Source: a virus. From it: a stretch of 64,000 nucleotides of DNA. Both the position numbers and the translations under genes were made by a program. The notes beneath the pieces are model-generated. The model worked only from the letters and a program-made list of their open reading frames with translations, was not told where the DNA came from and did no database searches. Within the stretch, counting starts at the first letter, position 1, and each line of letters starts with the position of its first letter. This document shows positions 26,800-37,379 of the stretch, piece by piece. The DNA is taken from IMG/VR virus record IMGVR_UViG_3300037454_000146, positions 35,374-99,373 of that record; one strand, written 5' to 3'.

Positions 26800-27780
26800 T
26801 TATGTGAAATCGTAAACACCCATTGTTGCAGAAACAGCAACGGCAATACCCTCGCGACGGATTACAGTGTACTCCTGTGTGAGGTCAGCGTTGTCAGCAG
26901 CATCTCTTGCAATTACGATAGGCTCGCCCTCGATATAGTGCTTGATGAACTTATCGTCAGCAGCGATTACGTAAACTCTTGTGTCAGAGAGTACGAAGTT
27001 GTCATTTGCGTCAAGATAGTTGCGGAGTCTAATGCAATCTGTACCATTAAACTTTCCGCTGTAACCCATCTCATAGAAATCATCCTTCACCGTCTCACCA
27101 GTCTGAGCCATTGTGAAGTTTCTGAGGGCTGTTCTTGTGCCAAATACATAAGCAGTCTTGCCTGTTGCAGCCTCTACCTTTTCAATAAGACCAAGCAGAC
27201 CAGCCTCGGTTGCAGAACCAGAAGCAGTTACTGTGAATCTTGCTGTAGAGAGGTTATTAAGCTGCTTTGCAACGCTTGCATAGAACTCGCGCTCGAAGCT
27301 CTTAGCAACACGGTTTACAAACTCAACCCAATCAATGCGACCAGAGAGTATGAGAATGAGCTCCTCATAAATCTTGACAGCCTTGTTTACGGGTGTGAGA
27401 GCAACCTTCTGACCGCCGATAAGTCTCTGACGGCGAATACCCTGTGTGCCATTAGCAACAACGTCAACAGTAAGGAGTGAGTTGTCGGGGATAAGGAACT
27501 CAGGCTTGTCGCCCCACTCGCCGCTCTTTGTCTCAATCCAATTAGCGATAGGAGAATCCTCGAAACCAGCAACGTCGAGAGCGACATCAATAAGCTCCTC
27601 GACTACAGCAAAAAGCTCGGGGCACTTGCCGTCACGGATTGCCTTGTAGTCGATAGTTGTAGAGCCGTTGTTAGCTTCCTTAATCTTATTTACGATAACA
27701 TCAGTGGGGTTGCCCTCTGCAAACGCAGTAGGAACACCACGATAAGCGTCAATACAGAGCTTTCTAAAATTTGCTTCCAT
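26800..27780 (-). CDS. putative major capsid protein
   Basis: 326 aa, downstream of the scaffold-like gene in the order portal, scaffold, capsid. Size is typical for an HK97-fold capsid protein. Not verified by homology. Confidence 0.55.
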   Translation of the reverse strand: MEANFRKLCIDAYRGVPTAFAEGNPTDVIVNKIKEANNGSTTIDYKAIRDGKCPELFAVVEELIDVALDVAGFEDSPIANWIETKSGEWGDKPEFLIPDNSLLTVDVVANGTQGIRRQRLIGGQKVALTPVNKAVKIYEELILILSGRIDWVEFVNRVAKSFEREFYASVAKQLNNLSTARFTVTASGSATEAGLLGLIEKVEAATGKTAYVFGTRTALRNFTMAQTGETVKDDFYEMGYSGKFNGTDCIRLRNYLDANDNFVLSDTRVYVIAADDKFIKHYIEGEPIVIARDAADNADLTQEYTVIRREGIAVAVSATMGVYDFT

Positions 27781-27806
27781 AGTACAATACCTTCCTTTCT
27801 ATAAAA

Positions 27807-28301
27807 TTAGAGAACCTCGTAAACGAACATTGTAGTGCCGCCTACGTTTTCTGTTGCGAGATACTTAGCAAAGTTCTTATCAGCATTAGCTGTAGATGTT
27901 GCTACCCAACCGCCGTCTGTCGCATTGATATATGCGTTTGTAGACGAAGGAGTACCGCTTACTACTGCGCCAGCAATAGAGAATATGTCGCACTTTACGA
28001 GCTTAGAAACACGGATTATATCACCATTAGAATTGAAAAAGTTCTCAAGAGGCTTCTTCTCTGTTGTGTAAGCGTGCTCGGGAGATGTAACAACCCAAAC
28101 GTCAGCGGCATCTGCGCCGTTAGCTGTTGCGGTCTTAAATACCTCTCTCTCTCCGTAGTAAGGCTCTGCGTTGCTTGTAACAAGAGTTGTAACCTTGATG
28201 GGTGCGCCGTTGTCTATATCGCCGTAAGCTACACCAGTTCTGATGAGTGCGCCGTCGTGTGTATAAGAACACGAGTCGCTTCTAAAAATACCATGTGCCA
28301 T
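27807..28301 (-). CDS. hypothetical head protein (decoration/accessory position)
   Basis: 164 aa between the scaffold-like and capsid genes. Confidence 0.35.
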   Translation of the reverse strand: MAHGIFRSDSCSYTHDGALIRTGVAYGDIDNGAPIKVTTLVTSNAEPYYGEREVFKTATANGADAADVWVVTSPEHAYTTEKKPLENFFNSNGDIIRVSKLVKCDIFSIAGAVVSGTPSSTNAYINATDGGWVATSTANADKNFAKYLATENVGGTTMFVYEVL

Positions 28302-28324
28302 AAACTTTTAACCTACCTTTCTTA

Positions 28325-29572
28325 TTAATCGTTATTTCCATATCTCTCGAAGATGTCGCCATAGGGCGAAACCTTTGTGGGAGTTGCGCCAACCGAGAAT
28401 TTGATTGATTCGGTCTTGGTTGACTTGTTGTCATTAAGGGCGAATGTACTCATAGCAAACTTGCCAACGAGAATCATACACTCCTTATCAAGCTGTTCAA
28501 GGTCATAATCATTGGATTTAGCCTTAAGCTCGTTGTACTCGGGCATTTCGCCAATGCGACCGTCGTACTTGGAGAAGATTTCGTTCTCTGCCTTTTCTCT
28601 CTCAGCCTTTTCAGCCGCGATCTTAAAGGGAGTAAGAATCTCAATCTGCGAATTGAGGTCAGCAATCCGAGCCTCATATTCGGCGTTCTTAATCGTAAGA
28701 GCGTCGATTGCGACAAGAGAATCGTTGTAAAGCGCCTCGTAATCTACGGGTGCTTCCTCCGCGCTGTTGGTCGTTGTCTCAGGGTCAGTTGCTTCAGATT
28801 CATTTTCATTTGAAAAAGCCTCGGGCTCTGTTCCCTCAGTGACTTCCGTCTCCTCGGATTCGTTTACAATTTCCTTGTTCTCGTCCATGTTTTCACCTTC
28901 CTCATCTCCAAAAGCAAAGACTTCGGACATAGCCTGTTTCATTTCGTTCATCTTTATTGCGAAATCGTCCGCGCTAAAGTTAATGGGAGTTACGTCTGCG
29001 GATATAAAGCAAGGCTCTACATTCTCCTCGCGATTATCTGATTTGTAAAGCAGACAGAGAGCACTAAACTCAAAGTCGAGTACCTCAATGAAATTACTAT
29101 CTTCCTCAAGAGGACGGTACTGAGCACAGTTTACTTCCATTGACTGATTCCACCAAACTTCGTCAGAATAAATTGTCTCTTTGAGCTCGGGGTATCTGCC
29201 AGTCCATAGAATCGCCTCGCAAGTAAGATATTCAACATCAGTGCCATACTCATTAATGGTTTCCCACTCAAAAGTATCTGCCTTTACAACGCCAAAAGGA
29301 ACGCAAAGTGATTTGATAGACCAATCTTCCCAATCTATGTACATATCGTGTCCGCCAATGCGATACTCTCCATTCTCGTCCTTAAAAAGATGAGCAACGA
29401 CAGGCGCATAATTTAGTGAATTGAGATGAGCCTCAACTACATCACGGCTAAAATAAGACATATTGCGATTCTTGCCTGTAGCCATTACCTTAATCTTAAC
29501 AAGCGTAAACTCGCTATTAAGCTCCTCAAGTACGGTAAATTTCGTAGATGAATTAATGCTAAACTTATCCAT
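28325..29572 (-). CDS. putative scaffolding / prohead-processing protein
   Basis: 415 aa. Globular N-terminal half, very acidic middle (DEEGENMDENKEIVNESEETEVTEGTEPE) and a coiled-coil C-terminal part. Lies between portal and capsid. Confidence 0.45.
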   Translation of the reverse strand: MDKFSINSSTKFTVLEELNSEFTLVKIKVMATGKNRNMSYFSRDVVEAHLNSLNYAPVVAHLFKDENGEYRIGGHDMYIDWEDWSIKSLCVPFGVVKADTFEWETINEYGTDVEYLTCEAILWTGRYPELKETIYSDEVWWNQSMEVNCAQYRPLEEDSNFIEVLDFEFSALCLLYKSDNREENVEPCFISADVTPINFSADDFAIKMNEMKQAMSEVFAFGDEEGENMDENKEIVNESEETEVTEGTEPEAFSNENESEATDPETTTNSAEEAPVDYEALYNDSLVAIDALTIKNAEYEARIADLNSQIEILTPFKIAAEKAEREKAENEIFSKYDGRIGEMPEYNELKAKSNDYDLEQLDKECMILVGKFAMSTFALNDNKSTKTESIKFSVGATPTKVSPYGDIFERYGNND

Positions 29573-29614
29573 TGTTTTACTTCTACCTCCTTTCTCAGTA
29601 GTTTCTCACATTAC

Positions 29615-29812
29615 TCAGAAACACAAGAGGTTTCGCTTCATATAATGCCACTCCTCGTCTGAAAACTTTTCAGCCAAGTATCGTTGCAAAGCCTCTGTAT
29701 CGGCAAAAGCATAAACAGTCTTGCCATTGATTTCTGTTTTTGTATAAGTAAAGCCCAAAGCAGCAAGTTCTTCCTGTGCTTTAGGCTGTACCACCATTAT
29801 AAATTTGTCCAT
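29615..29812 (-). CDS. hypothetical small protein
   Basis: ATG 29812 after GAGGTGG (MDKFIMVVQPKAQEEL...). Confidence 0.4.
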   Translation of the reverse strand: MDKFIMVVQPKAQEELAALGFTYTKTEINGKTVYAFADTEALQRYLAEKFSDEEWHYMKRNLLCF

Positions 29813-29822
29813 TGATTCCACC

Positions 29823-31334
29823 TCACTTGTATTCATTAGAGGTATTCTCGTTATTCTCAGTGTTATCCGTAGGATTTTCCTCTGTCGGTCTACCACTTTC
29901 TCCGTCTATTCCGCCGTTGCTCATTGTATTCGAGCTAATAAGTGGACGATTGAGAATTTCGTCACAACACTTGAGAATATCGTTTTCAAGATAGCTCTGA
30001 TTTATTACATCTATAGGCTCTAAGCCGAGCGATGCCGCATAGTATAACTTACTACACATTCCGTACTGAGAAGCCTTTAAGTAATAATTCTGCACTCTCT
30101 CAAACGTGTAAATGCTCTGTTCTAAGAAGCAAATCTCAAACAGATTCTTCATCTCCATTTTCTGAATTTTAACATTGTATACGTGTTGCACTTGACGAAT
30201 AATCTTCATCATCATGGACTCTACAGGACGTATCGCAAGTTCAAGAGACTGCGAAGTTACATTATCCATAATACCAAACAACACAGGAGCAATACCAAAA
30301 TTATTGAACAGGTCTTTAGTCGCGTCCTTTGTGTAGTTCTTAGTTGCATCATTGCTATCCTTTAAAGTAACAGTGTCAAGTCCAAATGGCGACATTGCAA
30401 CGCCGATACCTTCTGGCACTTGGTTGGCAGTAAGATTATAGTATTTTTGTGCTTGCTCAAAGCTCAGTTTAGGTACGCCGTCTGTGTCAGTCGGAATACG
30501 ATAATGTATGAGTTTGTAGTTGTCAAGCATTGCGCCGTCTTTCTTAATTTCCTCATAAGTGTCAAGATCAATAATAGACTTGAATATGCCTACGAATGGC
30601 GGCACTGTCCAATCCATTTCGGGATCAAACTTGACGCATATCTGCTTCTTTGGCTCAAACCAACGCTTCGTTTTGTTTGGCTCAATTATCCACTTACCAT
30701 CAAGGTCTTTCTTACCCTTATAAGCCCAATACGCAGCCTCAAAGTCTCTACCGTACTGTGGTAAGTAGATAAGCGTTTTCTGCGTAAAGTAATCAAGGTC
30801 AAATGAGAAACGCCAAACACCATTCTCAATACTTGTGATGATACAATACTCAGGGCGCACAGGTTTAATAAAGTAGTTATCAGTATCGTCATACTCGATA
30901 CCAAAGAACACACCGTCAAGGAGACAGGTTGTCATAATCTGTGGCAAGTAGGATTTTAGTTTGTAATGACTAACTGTACGGCATAATTTGCGGTACTCCT
31001 TATTGAAAGTTGCAGTACCCTTATTGCCCGTATCACCAACAGGACGTATGAGATAATTGTTTAACTCTAATGTTGCAAGCATTGTTATTGCTCTGCGGTA
31101 ATGTGGCGACACGGCGTAAAAGAAGTGACTAATCTCACGAAGCATTTTCTCCGACGCTGGCTTATCAGGGCAGAGAAGTGCTTTTAATATTTTGTCTCGC
31201 GGGTGCTTTTTGAGAAAGATGTTTCGCTGGTCAACCGCCGTTGTAAGGTCTGCAAGAACCTGTTTGCGAAGTCGTGCAAAGTTGCGGTAGTCGTAGAGTT
31301 CATCTATCTCAGTTTGATTTAATTCGTCTTTCAA
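29823..31334 (-). CDS. putative portal protein
   Basis: 503 aa directly downstream of the large terminase. TTG start 8 nt after AAAGGAG. Assignment is by position and size. Confidence 0.6.
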   Translation of the reverse strand: MKDELNQTEIDELYDYRNFARLRKQVLADLTTAVDQRNIFLKKHPRDKILKALLCPDKPASEKMLREISHFFYAVSPHYRRAITMLATLELNNYLIRPVGDTGNKGTATFNKEYRKLCRTVSHYKLKSYLPQIMTTCLLDGVFFGIEYDDTDNYFIKPVRPEYCIITSIENGVWRFSFDLDYFTQKTLIYLPQYGRDFEAAYWAYKGKKDLDGKWIIEPNKTKRWFEPKKQICVKFDPEMDWTVPPFVGIFKSIIDLDTYEEIKKDGAMLDNYKLIHYRIPTDTDGVPKLSFEQAQKYYNLTANQVPEGIGVAMSPFGLDTVTLKDSNDATKNYTKDATKDLFNNFGIAPVLFGIMDNVTSQSLELAIRPVESMMMKIIRQVQHVYNVKIQKMEMKNLFEICFLEQSIYTFERVQNYYLKASQYGMCSKLYYAASLGLEPIDVINQSYLENDILKCCDEILNRPLISSNTMSNGGIDGESGRPTEENPTDNTENNENTSNEYK

Positions 31335-31348
31335 TTAATCATCTCCTT

Positions 31349-33103
31349 TCATCTGTAGGTTTTGGCAGGACGGGATAGGAAGAAGTCGGCAACTCCTGAT
31401 TCTTCATTTATTATACGCTTCTGTAACACCTGTTCTAATTGAAGGCATACCCACCAGTTATATTCGAGTGATGAGAAACGGTCTTTTCGCATACCAGTTT
31501 TCTCTTTTACCTTTATGTTTACACCCTTTGTCTCTGTCTGTAAATTGATAAGCTCATTTATAAGTAAGGTTGTATGAATATAAGGCATCTGTAATTCAAT
31601 CTTTTCTTGTGGAGTAAGCGAATTATATCCTCTAAACCCAGCAAGAATTTCTTCTGCATCAAACTCTGATACAAGAAGATTTATTCTGTTTTGTCTAAAG
31701 GCTTCTCTTAACGCAAGAGCCATATCATTATTTAACTGTGCCGTTGCATTGATTGCCCATATAACCTTTGGAGCTGTCTTATCCAAACATCTGTCAGCAA
31801 ATACAGAATCGTTACAACATGATAACGCTCTGTAAGTAGTTGCCAACTCATTGTCATAAATATCTCGACAAAGATGATCGTAGACAGATACACCAACACC
31901 TCTTGTATCAATTACGAGCTGCGTACAATGATATTGCTCAAACAACCTTCTCACTCTAAGAGCCAAATCTTCTGAATGTAATCCCTCATGGTTCTCAGTG
32001 TAGATTATATTACCTACATAGCGATTGTCTTTATTAGGTAACGCACTATTGATAAAAATTGATGCCGCATCGTTATCATGTTTTGTAGAAGCCAAAAGAG
32101 CAACGTCCAAAGACAAGATACGTTCCTCATTTTTAGCAAGAGGCGGTATCTTCAAATTTTTATCAGCCATTAGATTTGAAATCTGTGGCGGATATACAGG
32201 CACTTTAAGTTTTCTATTCCTTGATAAATCATCATAAGAGAATAGAGCATTTTCATCGTCACCCAACCATTCACACTCCATTTCCATTTGGAATGAAAGT
32301 TCATTGAAATCAGACTCCGACATCTCATCTTCTACCTGTTCACGACTTAGTAAATTTTCTTTAATAGCTAACTCATAAGGCAAACCACAACAGAAATATC
32401 GCTTCGTATCATCAACAAGATTGGTAGCAAAAGCCTTTAATTTCTCAAAACTCCAATGCTGTTTATACCAAGCAGACGAAAGATAAAGTTCTTTATTTCT
32501 TTCTGTTAAATGAGCGTACTCTGGTTTGCTTAAATATCTTGGTTGACGAGGCGCAGTGTTGAATTTACGCAATACCTTGTTGATAATATCAAGGTCAATC
32601 ATGCGAAATTCGTCACATACGATTATGTTGGATCTATTAGAGCGAGCACCGTCATTTGCCGTTACAACTTTTATTCGTGAGCCATTTTTAAATGATATAT
32701 ACGCATCTTGACCTTTGGTGTTAGCCGTTTCTATTTCATTTCTTAAATTTGCCGAATTTGGCATAAGAATGGTCGTTATTTTTTCAAGTACATTTATACT
32801 CTGTGAACGATTCTTTGCAGCTACGCATATTTGTGTTTCGGGATAAAGAATACATCTTACTACGCAGAATATCGCAGTAAGAAAGGTTTTGCCTTGTCCA
32901 CGCGAAGCGATGTACATGAAATAATTTGACCAATTCATTAGGAATAATAATATTTTCTGAAATAGTTTGAGATGTATATTCAGATAATCGGCACAAAACC
33001 TATGAGGATTTGCTCTGTAATAGCTACACCAAATGCCAACACCTGTCATCATGCGCTCTACTTTATCATTAGCTATTTCTTTATCAGTCTTTTTCGCCGC
33101 CAT
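31349..33103 (-). CDS. terL: terminase large subunit
   Basis: Walker A SRGQGKTF and Walker B IIVCDEF, with a C-terminal nuclease-type acidic region (LSLDVAL...VIDTRG). 584 aa. Confidence 0.8.
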   Translation of the reverse strand: MAAKKTDKEIANDKVERMMTGVGIWCSYYRANPHRFCADYLNIHLKLFQKILLFLMNWSNYFMYIASRGQGKTFLTAIFCVVRCILYPETQICVAAKNRSQSINVLEKITTILMPNSANLRNEIETANTKGQDAYISFKNGSRIKVVTANDGARSNRSNIIVCDEFRMIDLDIINKVLRKFNTAPRQPRYLSKPEYAHLTERNKELYLSSAWYKQHWSFEKLKAFATNLVDDTKRYFCCGLPYELAIKENLLSREQVEDEMSESDFNELSFQMEMECEWLGDDENALFSYDDLSRNRKLKVPVYPPQISNLMADKNLKIPPLAKNEERILSLDVALLASTKHDNDAASIFINSALPNKDNRYVGNIIYTENHEGLHSEDLALRVRRLFEQYHCTQLVIDTRGVGVSVYDHLCRDIYDNELATTYRALSCCNDSVFADRCLDKTAPKVIWAINATAQLNNDMALALREAFRQNRINLLVSEFDAEEILAGFRGYNSLTPQEKIELQMPYIHTTLLINELINLQTETKGVNIKVKEKTGMRKDRFSSLEYNWWVCLQLEQVLQKRIINEESGVADFFLSRPAKTYR

Positions 33104-34166
33104 TTACAGCACCTCCAAACACTGAGTCAAAGAGAGCTTCATCATCGCCTTCATACTGCGGTTTCTCAACCTTATACTTTGCCATTTCTTCGTCATACAT
33201 TCGTGCATAATTGTTTTTTATACCAATCATCTTGCACAAATGTCCTAAGAAATAAACCGTAATATACTTTACAATGCCGTCCACATCTTTCCATTCAGGA
33301 TCGGGTTCTGGTATTGGTTTTTCTTCTTCAAATTTCTTTATCAGCGTTCCAAAACTTTGACTATCAGCAAGAGCATTATCATTGTTTTGTACAGGTTTCA
33401 GATTTGCAGAACCAAGTAATGACTGGAATGTGTCCATAGCGTCTTTGACTTTGCCACCCGTTTGTTGTGCTATTTGAATATTCAACTGAGCTATACAAAG
33501 ATTTTTGAACAATTCTTCTTGTGCCTTTGTCTTTGCTTCGCATCGTGCTGTCCAGTCATCATATTGTTCTTGCAAGAATTTGTATTGTTCCATACTATAT
33601 CCCATACCAAACATAGATATAGTTTTCTTCCGCACCTTTAAATCTGCAAGGTCGTCTTTGGCATCTATCAAATCTTCTGCGTCGTTTATGTTGACACTCG
33701 CCCTTTCTTTGATAGTATCAAGATATGTTGTGCCTCTTTGTTTATACTGAGGAAGTTGCATCTTACTCGGATATGCTCCTATACGCGATCTATCAGATGA
33801 TATTTTTCTGCACGAAGCCAATATATCATCTGCATAATACCAGTCGAAAATTTGACACATACGGTCAACAGCTTTTTCTTCATTGCTCGAATAAAAATCC
33901 GTTAATGTATGAAAATATTTATCTACGCAAGTTTTACATATTGTAGTATAACCGCCATTTCCCGCAAATAGAGGACTATTTGAAAAAGGGAAGTTGCCCT
34001 TTTGCTTTGTGTATTTTTTGCCGCAACAAGTACAATAAAACTCTGTTCTTTCTTCTTCTGCCATTATACGTCCAACTTGGACATTCTTATCTATTTTAGT
34101 TTTAGAAGTGCGAGAATTTGCTGTTTTCTTCGTACTTCCTGTGTTACCTCTCGGCACTCCACTCAC
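33084..34166 (-). CDS. putative terminase small subunit / DNA-recognition protein (start uncertain)
   Basis: Overlaps the terL start by 20 nt. Basic N-terminus and a CTCCG...CKTC zinc ribbon. Assignment is by position only. Confidence 0.35.
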   Translation of the reverse strand: MSGVPRGNTGSTKKTANSRTSKTKIDKNVQVGRIMAEEERTEFYCTCCGKKYTKQKGNFPFSNSPLFAGNGGYTTICKTCVDKYFHTLTDFYSSNEEKAVDRMCQIFDWYYADDILASCRKISSDRSRIGAYPSKMQLPQYKQRGTTYLDTIKERASVNINDAEDLIDAKDDLADLKVRKKTISMFGMGYSMEQYKFLQEQYDDWTARCEAKTKAQEELFKNLCIAQLNIQIAQQTGGKVKDAMDTFQSLLGSANLKPVQNNDNALADSQSFGTLIKKFEEEKPIPEPDPEWKDVDGIVKYITVYFLGHLCKMIGIKNNYARMYDEEMAKYKVEKPQYEGDDEALFDSVFGGAVNGGEKD

Positions 34167-35077
34167 TCCTTTAACTCATTATCTAATATCTCAGAGATAT
34201 TAGAATATTCATAATATGGTATGCGAATAAGCTTAATGCCATTATCCTTGCAATATTTATCTTTAATAGCATCATGCATTTGTATTTTTTCAAACTCTTT
34301 TTCCGCCCATTCACCGCCTCTACCAGCGAAATCAATAGGCATCATGTGATGTCTCCCATCAAACTCACACAACGTATTATTATCAGGCAAATAGAAATCG
34401 AATGGCAACATATCTTTATCAGCACACTCTACAAAGCGTTTTTGTTCTTCAAAACGAATATTGTGTTCTTTAAGATATTCTGCAATTCTCAATTCGCCCT
34501 TGCTTCGATTAGCACAACCACAACTGATAATGTTTTCGGATTTTAGATTACTACCAGTCACAACAGTCATATTCCCACAGTCGCAAAGACAATTCCAAGC
34601 TGGCTCTTTTCCAATATTGCTGGCTCTACTAATAACCGTAAGAAAATTATATCTATTGCCTGTAATATCAATAAAATGTGTTTCCCTATTTCTGTCTTTT
34701 ACATAGCATCCGCAAGAACGCGTTTCACCATCGCGAAGATTACACCCTTGCACTACAGTTTCATTACCACAGTCACATATGCAACGCCACATTGGTTGGA
34801 TTCCTTTGTTAGCTTCTCTGTTCAACACAACAAGCCTTCCGAATCTTTTGCCCGTAAGGTCAATTAAATTGTTTTTACTTCTTTGACTTGTCGCTTCTCT
34901 GTTATAACAGCCACATGACTTAGTATGCCCATTTTTTAAGTTTCCACTTGCAACTACACAAGTATTACCACAATCGCATAAGCAATTCCATGCGGTTAGA
35001 TGTCTTTTATTCTCGGCTCTACTAACAACGGTCAATCTACCAAATTTCATCCCAGTTAAATCAATAAACTTTGCCAT
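34163..35077 (-). CDS. free-standing homing-endonuclease-like protein: three zinc modules plus a Vsr/DUF559-type PD-(D/E)xK domain
   Basis: Three repeats of DLTG..FGRL.V......W.C.CDCGN...V....L..G...SCGC. C-terminus has LPFDFYLP...LCEFDGRHH...IKLIRIPY. Confidence 0.6.
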   Translation of the reverse strand: MAKFIDLTGMKFGRLTVVSRAENKRHLTAWNCLCDCGNTCVVASGNLKNGHTKSCGCYNREATSQRSKNNLIDLTGKRFGRLVVLNREANKGIQPMWRCICDCGNETVVQGCNLRDGETRSCGCYVKDRNRETHFIDITGNRYNFLTVISRASNIGKEPAWNCLCDCGNMTVVTGSNLKSENIISCGCANRSKGELRIAEYLKEHNIRFEEQKRFVECADKDMLPFDFYLPDNNTLCEFDGRHHMMPIDFAGRGGEWAEKEFEKIQMHDAIKDKYCKDNGIKLIRIPYYEYSNISEILDNELKE

Positions 35078-35226
35078 TTTTTGTTCCCCTTTCTATCCCC
35101 ACTTATTACACAACAAGTGAGGGCGGTAGGGGAACAAACCACCCTCATATACGGGTAGCTACTCCCATATATTCTGTTGTTTGGTAAAGCTCCGACCTCG
35201 TGCGGTCATCACTCCATAAGAGGGGA

Positions 35227-36192
35227 TTAACCCCTCATCTTTTCCACAAACTGTGGTAAACTTATAGTCGGTACTCTAAAGCTAAACTCTGGCGACTTCA
35301 TAGCGTTACCATAAGCTCTCGTGACCAGTGCATCCGTCAAAAAGTATTCACACTTGCTCAGACTATTCTTATAATACTCCCGACATCTTTCAATGTATTT
35401 TTCAATGTGTGCCTCATCGTAGGTGTCATATAACTCTTGTAAATAGATATAATTTACCACAACACCGTTTGCAATAAAGGCTTGTGCAATCTCGTTATCA
35501 AGTAAATCGCGCTTTACACACTCTTGAATAAAACCGTCATTCATAGCCACGAAATCATACAACACATTAAACCGCGTCTCGGGCGACTTTGCTCTGGTGG
35601 TACTCGTCTCATTATAAAGCCATGAATAACAAACCTTATCTACCGTATGGGCTTTGGGGTCATACGCTAAGAATGTCTGATTCCACAAAACATCCTCGTT
35701 GGTACGAAGCCCCTCGGCGAAACGTATATTGTGCTTGTCAACAAATTCGCGCTTAATCAGCTTACCGTGCATCCAAGTGACTGATTCATTTGTGACATTA
35801 ATAAAAAACTTGCCGTCTCTACGGACATCATTCTCAAATGCACCACACACTAAATCAGAATCGTTTTTGATTGCGTGAGAAAGCAAAATCTCGGCAGCTA
35901 AAGACGAAGCAAGGGTATCGTCTGCATCTACAAACATTATGTAGGGCTCGGAGCTATTATCTATTCCATATTGCCGCGCCATTCCACAACCGCCGTTTTC
36001 TGGACGCACAAGAAATATAACGTCTATATCGTACTTGTTAATTATGTCAGAGTAATCAAGCCCGTCACAGTCGTCAACAACGTAAACCTGAATCCTATCT
36101 TTAATGGTCTGTATTTCGATTGAAGCGAGGGTGCGCCCAAGCGTTGCCCTTGCTTTATATGTTGGGATAATAATTGCTATCTGCTTATCCAT
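35227..36192 (-). CDS. family-2 (GT-A) glycosyltransferase
   Basis: Start at ATG 36192, 6 nt after AAGGAGA. IAIIIPTYKARATLGRTLASIEIQT...VYVVDDCD...IMFVDADD (DxD motif). Confidence 0.7.
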   Translation of the reverse strand: MDKQIAIIIPTYKARATLGRTLASIEIQTIKDRIQVYVVDDCDGLDYSDIINKYDIDVIFLVRPENGGCGMARQYGIDNSSEPYIMFVDADDTLASSLAAEILLSHAIKNDSDLVCGAFENDVRRDGKFFINVTNESVTWMHGKLIKREFVDKHNIRFAEGLRTNEDVLWNQTFLAYDPKAHTVDKVCYSWLYNETSTTRAKSPETRFNVLYDFVAMNDGFIQECVKRDLLDNEIAQAFIANGVVVNYIYLQELYDTYDEAHIEKYIERCREYYKNSLSKCEYFLTDALVTRAYGNAMKSPEFSFRVPTISLPQFVEKMRG

Positions 36193-36319
36193 ACACATTC
36201 TCCTTAAACTCAAATTTGGTGCGGTCGCCGTCTCATGCAACTTAGACCACATAGGGGCGCAACGCCCCAATTTTTAAGGAGGAAATAAAAATTTGAAGTT
36301 ATCTAATAAAATGTGGGTT

Positions 36320-37348
36320 CTATTTTATATCAGCAATACCCTTATTTTCTTGCTGTATAATGCCATCTGCGCTAAAGTATTTACCAAAGTCATCAGCCGC
36401 AGAAGCATCGTTGTAGTGGCTAATCATTTCTACAGACTCCCACTTGAAAAATTCTTTTATAACTTCTGACGGTATGTTCATTTGAACGAGCTCGGTACAC
36501 AATGCGTGTCTAAGAGCATGAAAATAGAAAGGACAACCGAGAATCTGAGTAAACTCATCTTTCCAATTCTCAATATCTGTTCTCTGTTCCCAAACGTCGC
36601 CGCGCTTTATAACAAGAACCCACTCACTGTCAATACCTAATTCTTCACGCTTCTTGCGCCATAAATCCATATAGGTATCAACTTTATTCATTACATACTT
36701 GTTTATCTGTTTGCCACGCACACCACGACCTTTGGCTCTTACCTTATCTGTTTTATAAAGGCAACCAAACTCTAAGTGGTCTGTGTTAAAGTATTCCATT
36801 TTCATTTGAAGCAGTTCTGCCTTACGCATACCTGAATAAGCAAGAATTGCAATGCAAACAGCCCTATCATATTCTTCACGTTTTACAAGTTCATCAAGTA
36901 ACTTCTGCACCTGTTCTGTAGAAAGCACAGTCTTTTCTCTGACGGCTTCATTTACAGGCGACTCAATTTTCTTGATAATACTGCGGTAATCTTCGTAACC
37001 TTCTTCCTCGTCCAATATGTTCTCGATATAATTGGAAAGGGAAGAAATTGTGGATTTAACTCGCCTTATCCTACGAGGACTCCATTTCCACACATTAAGA
37101 GCATGATTCTGAAATCTCGCAAAGTCACGTTTACTAATCTTGATAAATTCCTTATTGGCGTTTTCCTCTAAATTCCAAACAAAGAATATTTCAAGGTCAG
37201 AATTATATGCAAAAATAGTCTTAGGACTTCTGTCAATTGAAGCAAGGTAATCAAGAAAGTCTTTGCTCAACTGAACATTTTCGGGATTAATCTGCTTAAT
37301 CTTTTCATCGCTTGTAATCTTGTTGTAAACCGTTGATCTGCCTTCCAT
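36320..37348 (-). CDS. tyrosine recombinase / integrase
   Basis: N-terminal SAM-like core-binding domain. Catalytic-type residues in YSGMRKAELLQM, HALRHALCTELV and MISHYND. Confidence 0.8.
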   Translation of the reverse strand: MEGRSTVYNKITSDEKIKQINPENVQLSKDFLDYLASIDRSPKTIFAYNSDLEIFFVWNLEENANKEFIKISKRDFARFQNHALNVWKWSPRRIRRVKSTISSLSNYIENILDEEEGYEDYRSIIKKIESPVNEAVREKTVLSTEQVQKLLDELVKREEYDRAVCIAILAYSGMRKAELLQMKMEYFNTDHLEFGCLYKTDKVRAKGRGVRGKQINKYVMNKVDTYMDLWRKKREELGIDSEWVLVIKRGDVWEQRTDIENWKDEFTQILGCPFYFHALRHALCTELVQMNIPSEVIKEFFKWESVEMISHYNDASAADDFGKYFSADGIIQQENKGIADIK

Positions 37349-37379
37349 TCAATCATCTCCTTAAAATCAATTTTCTCCA

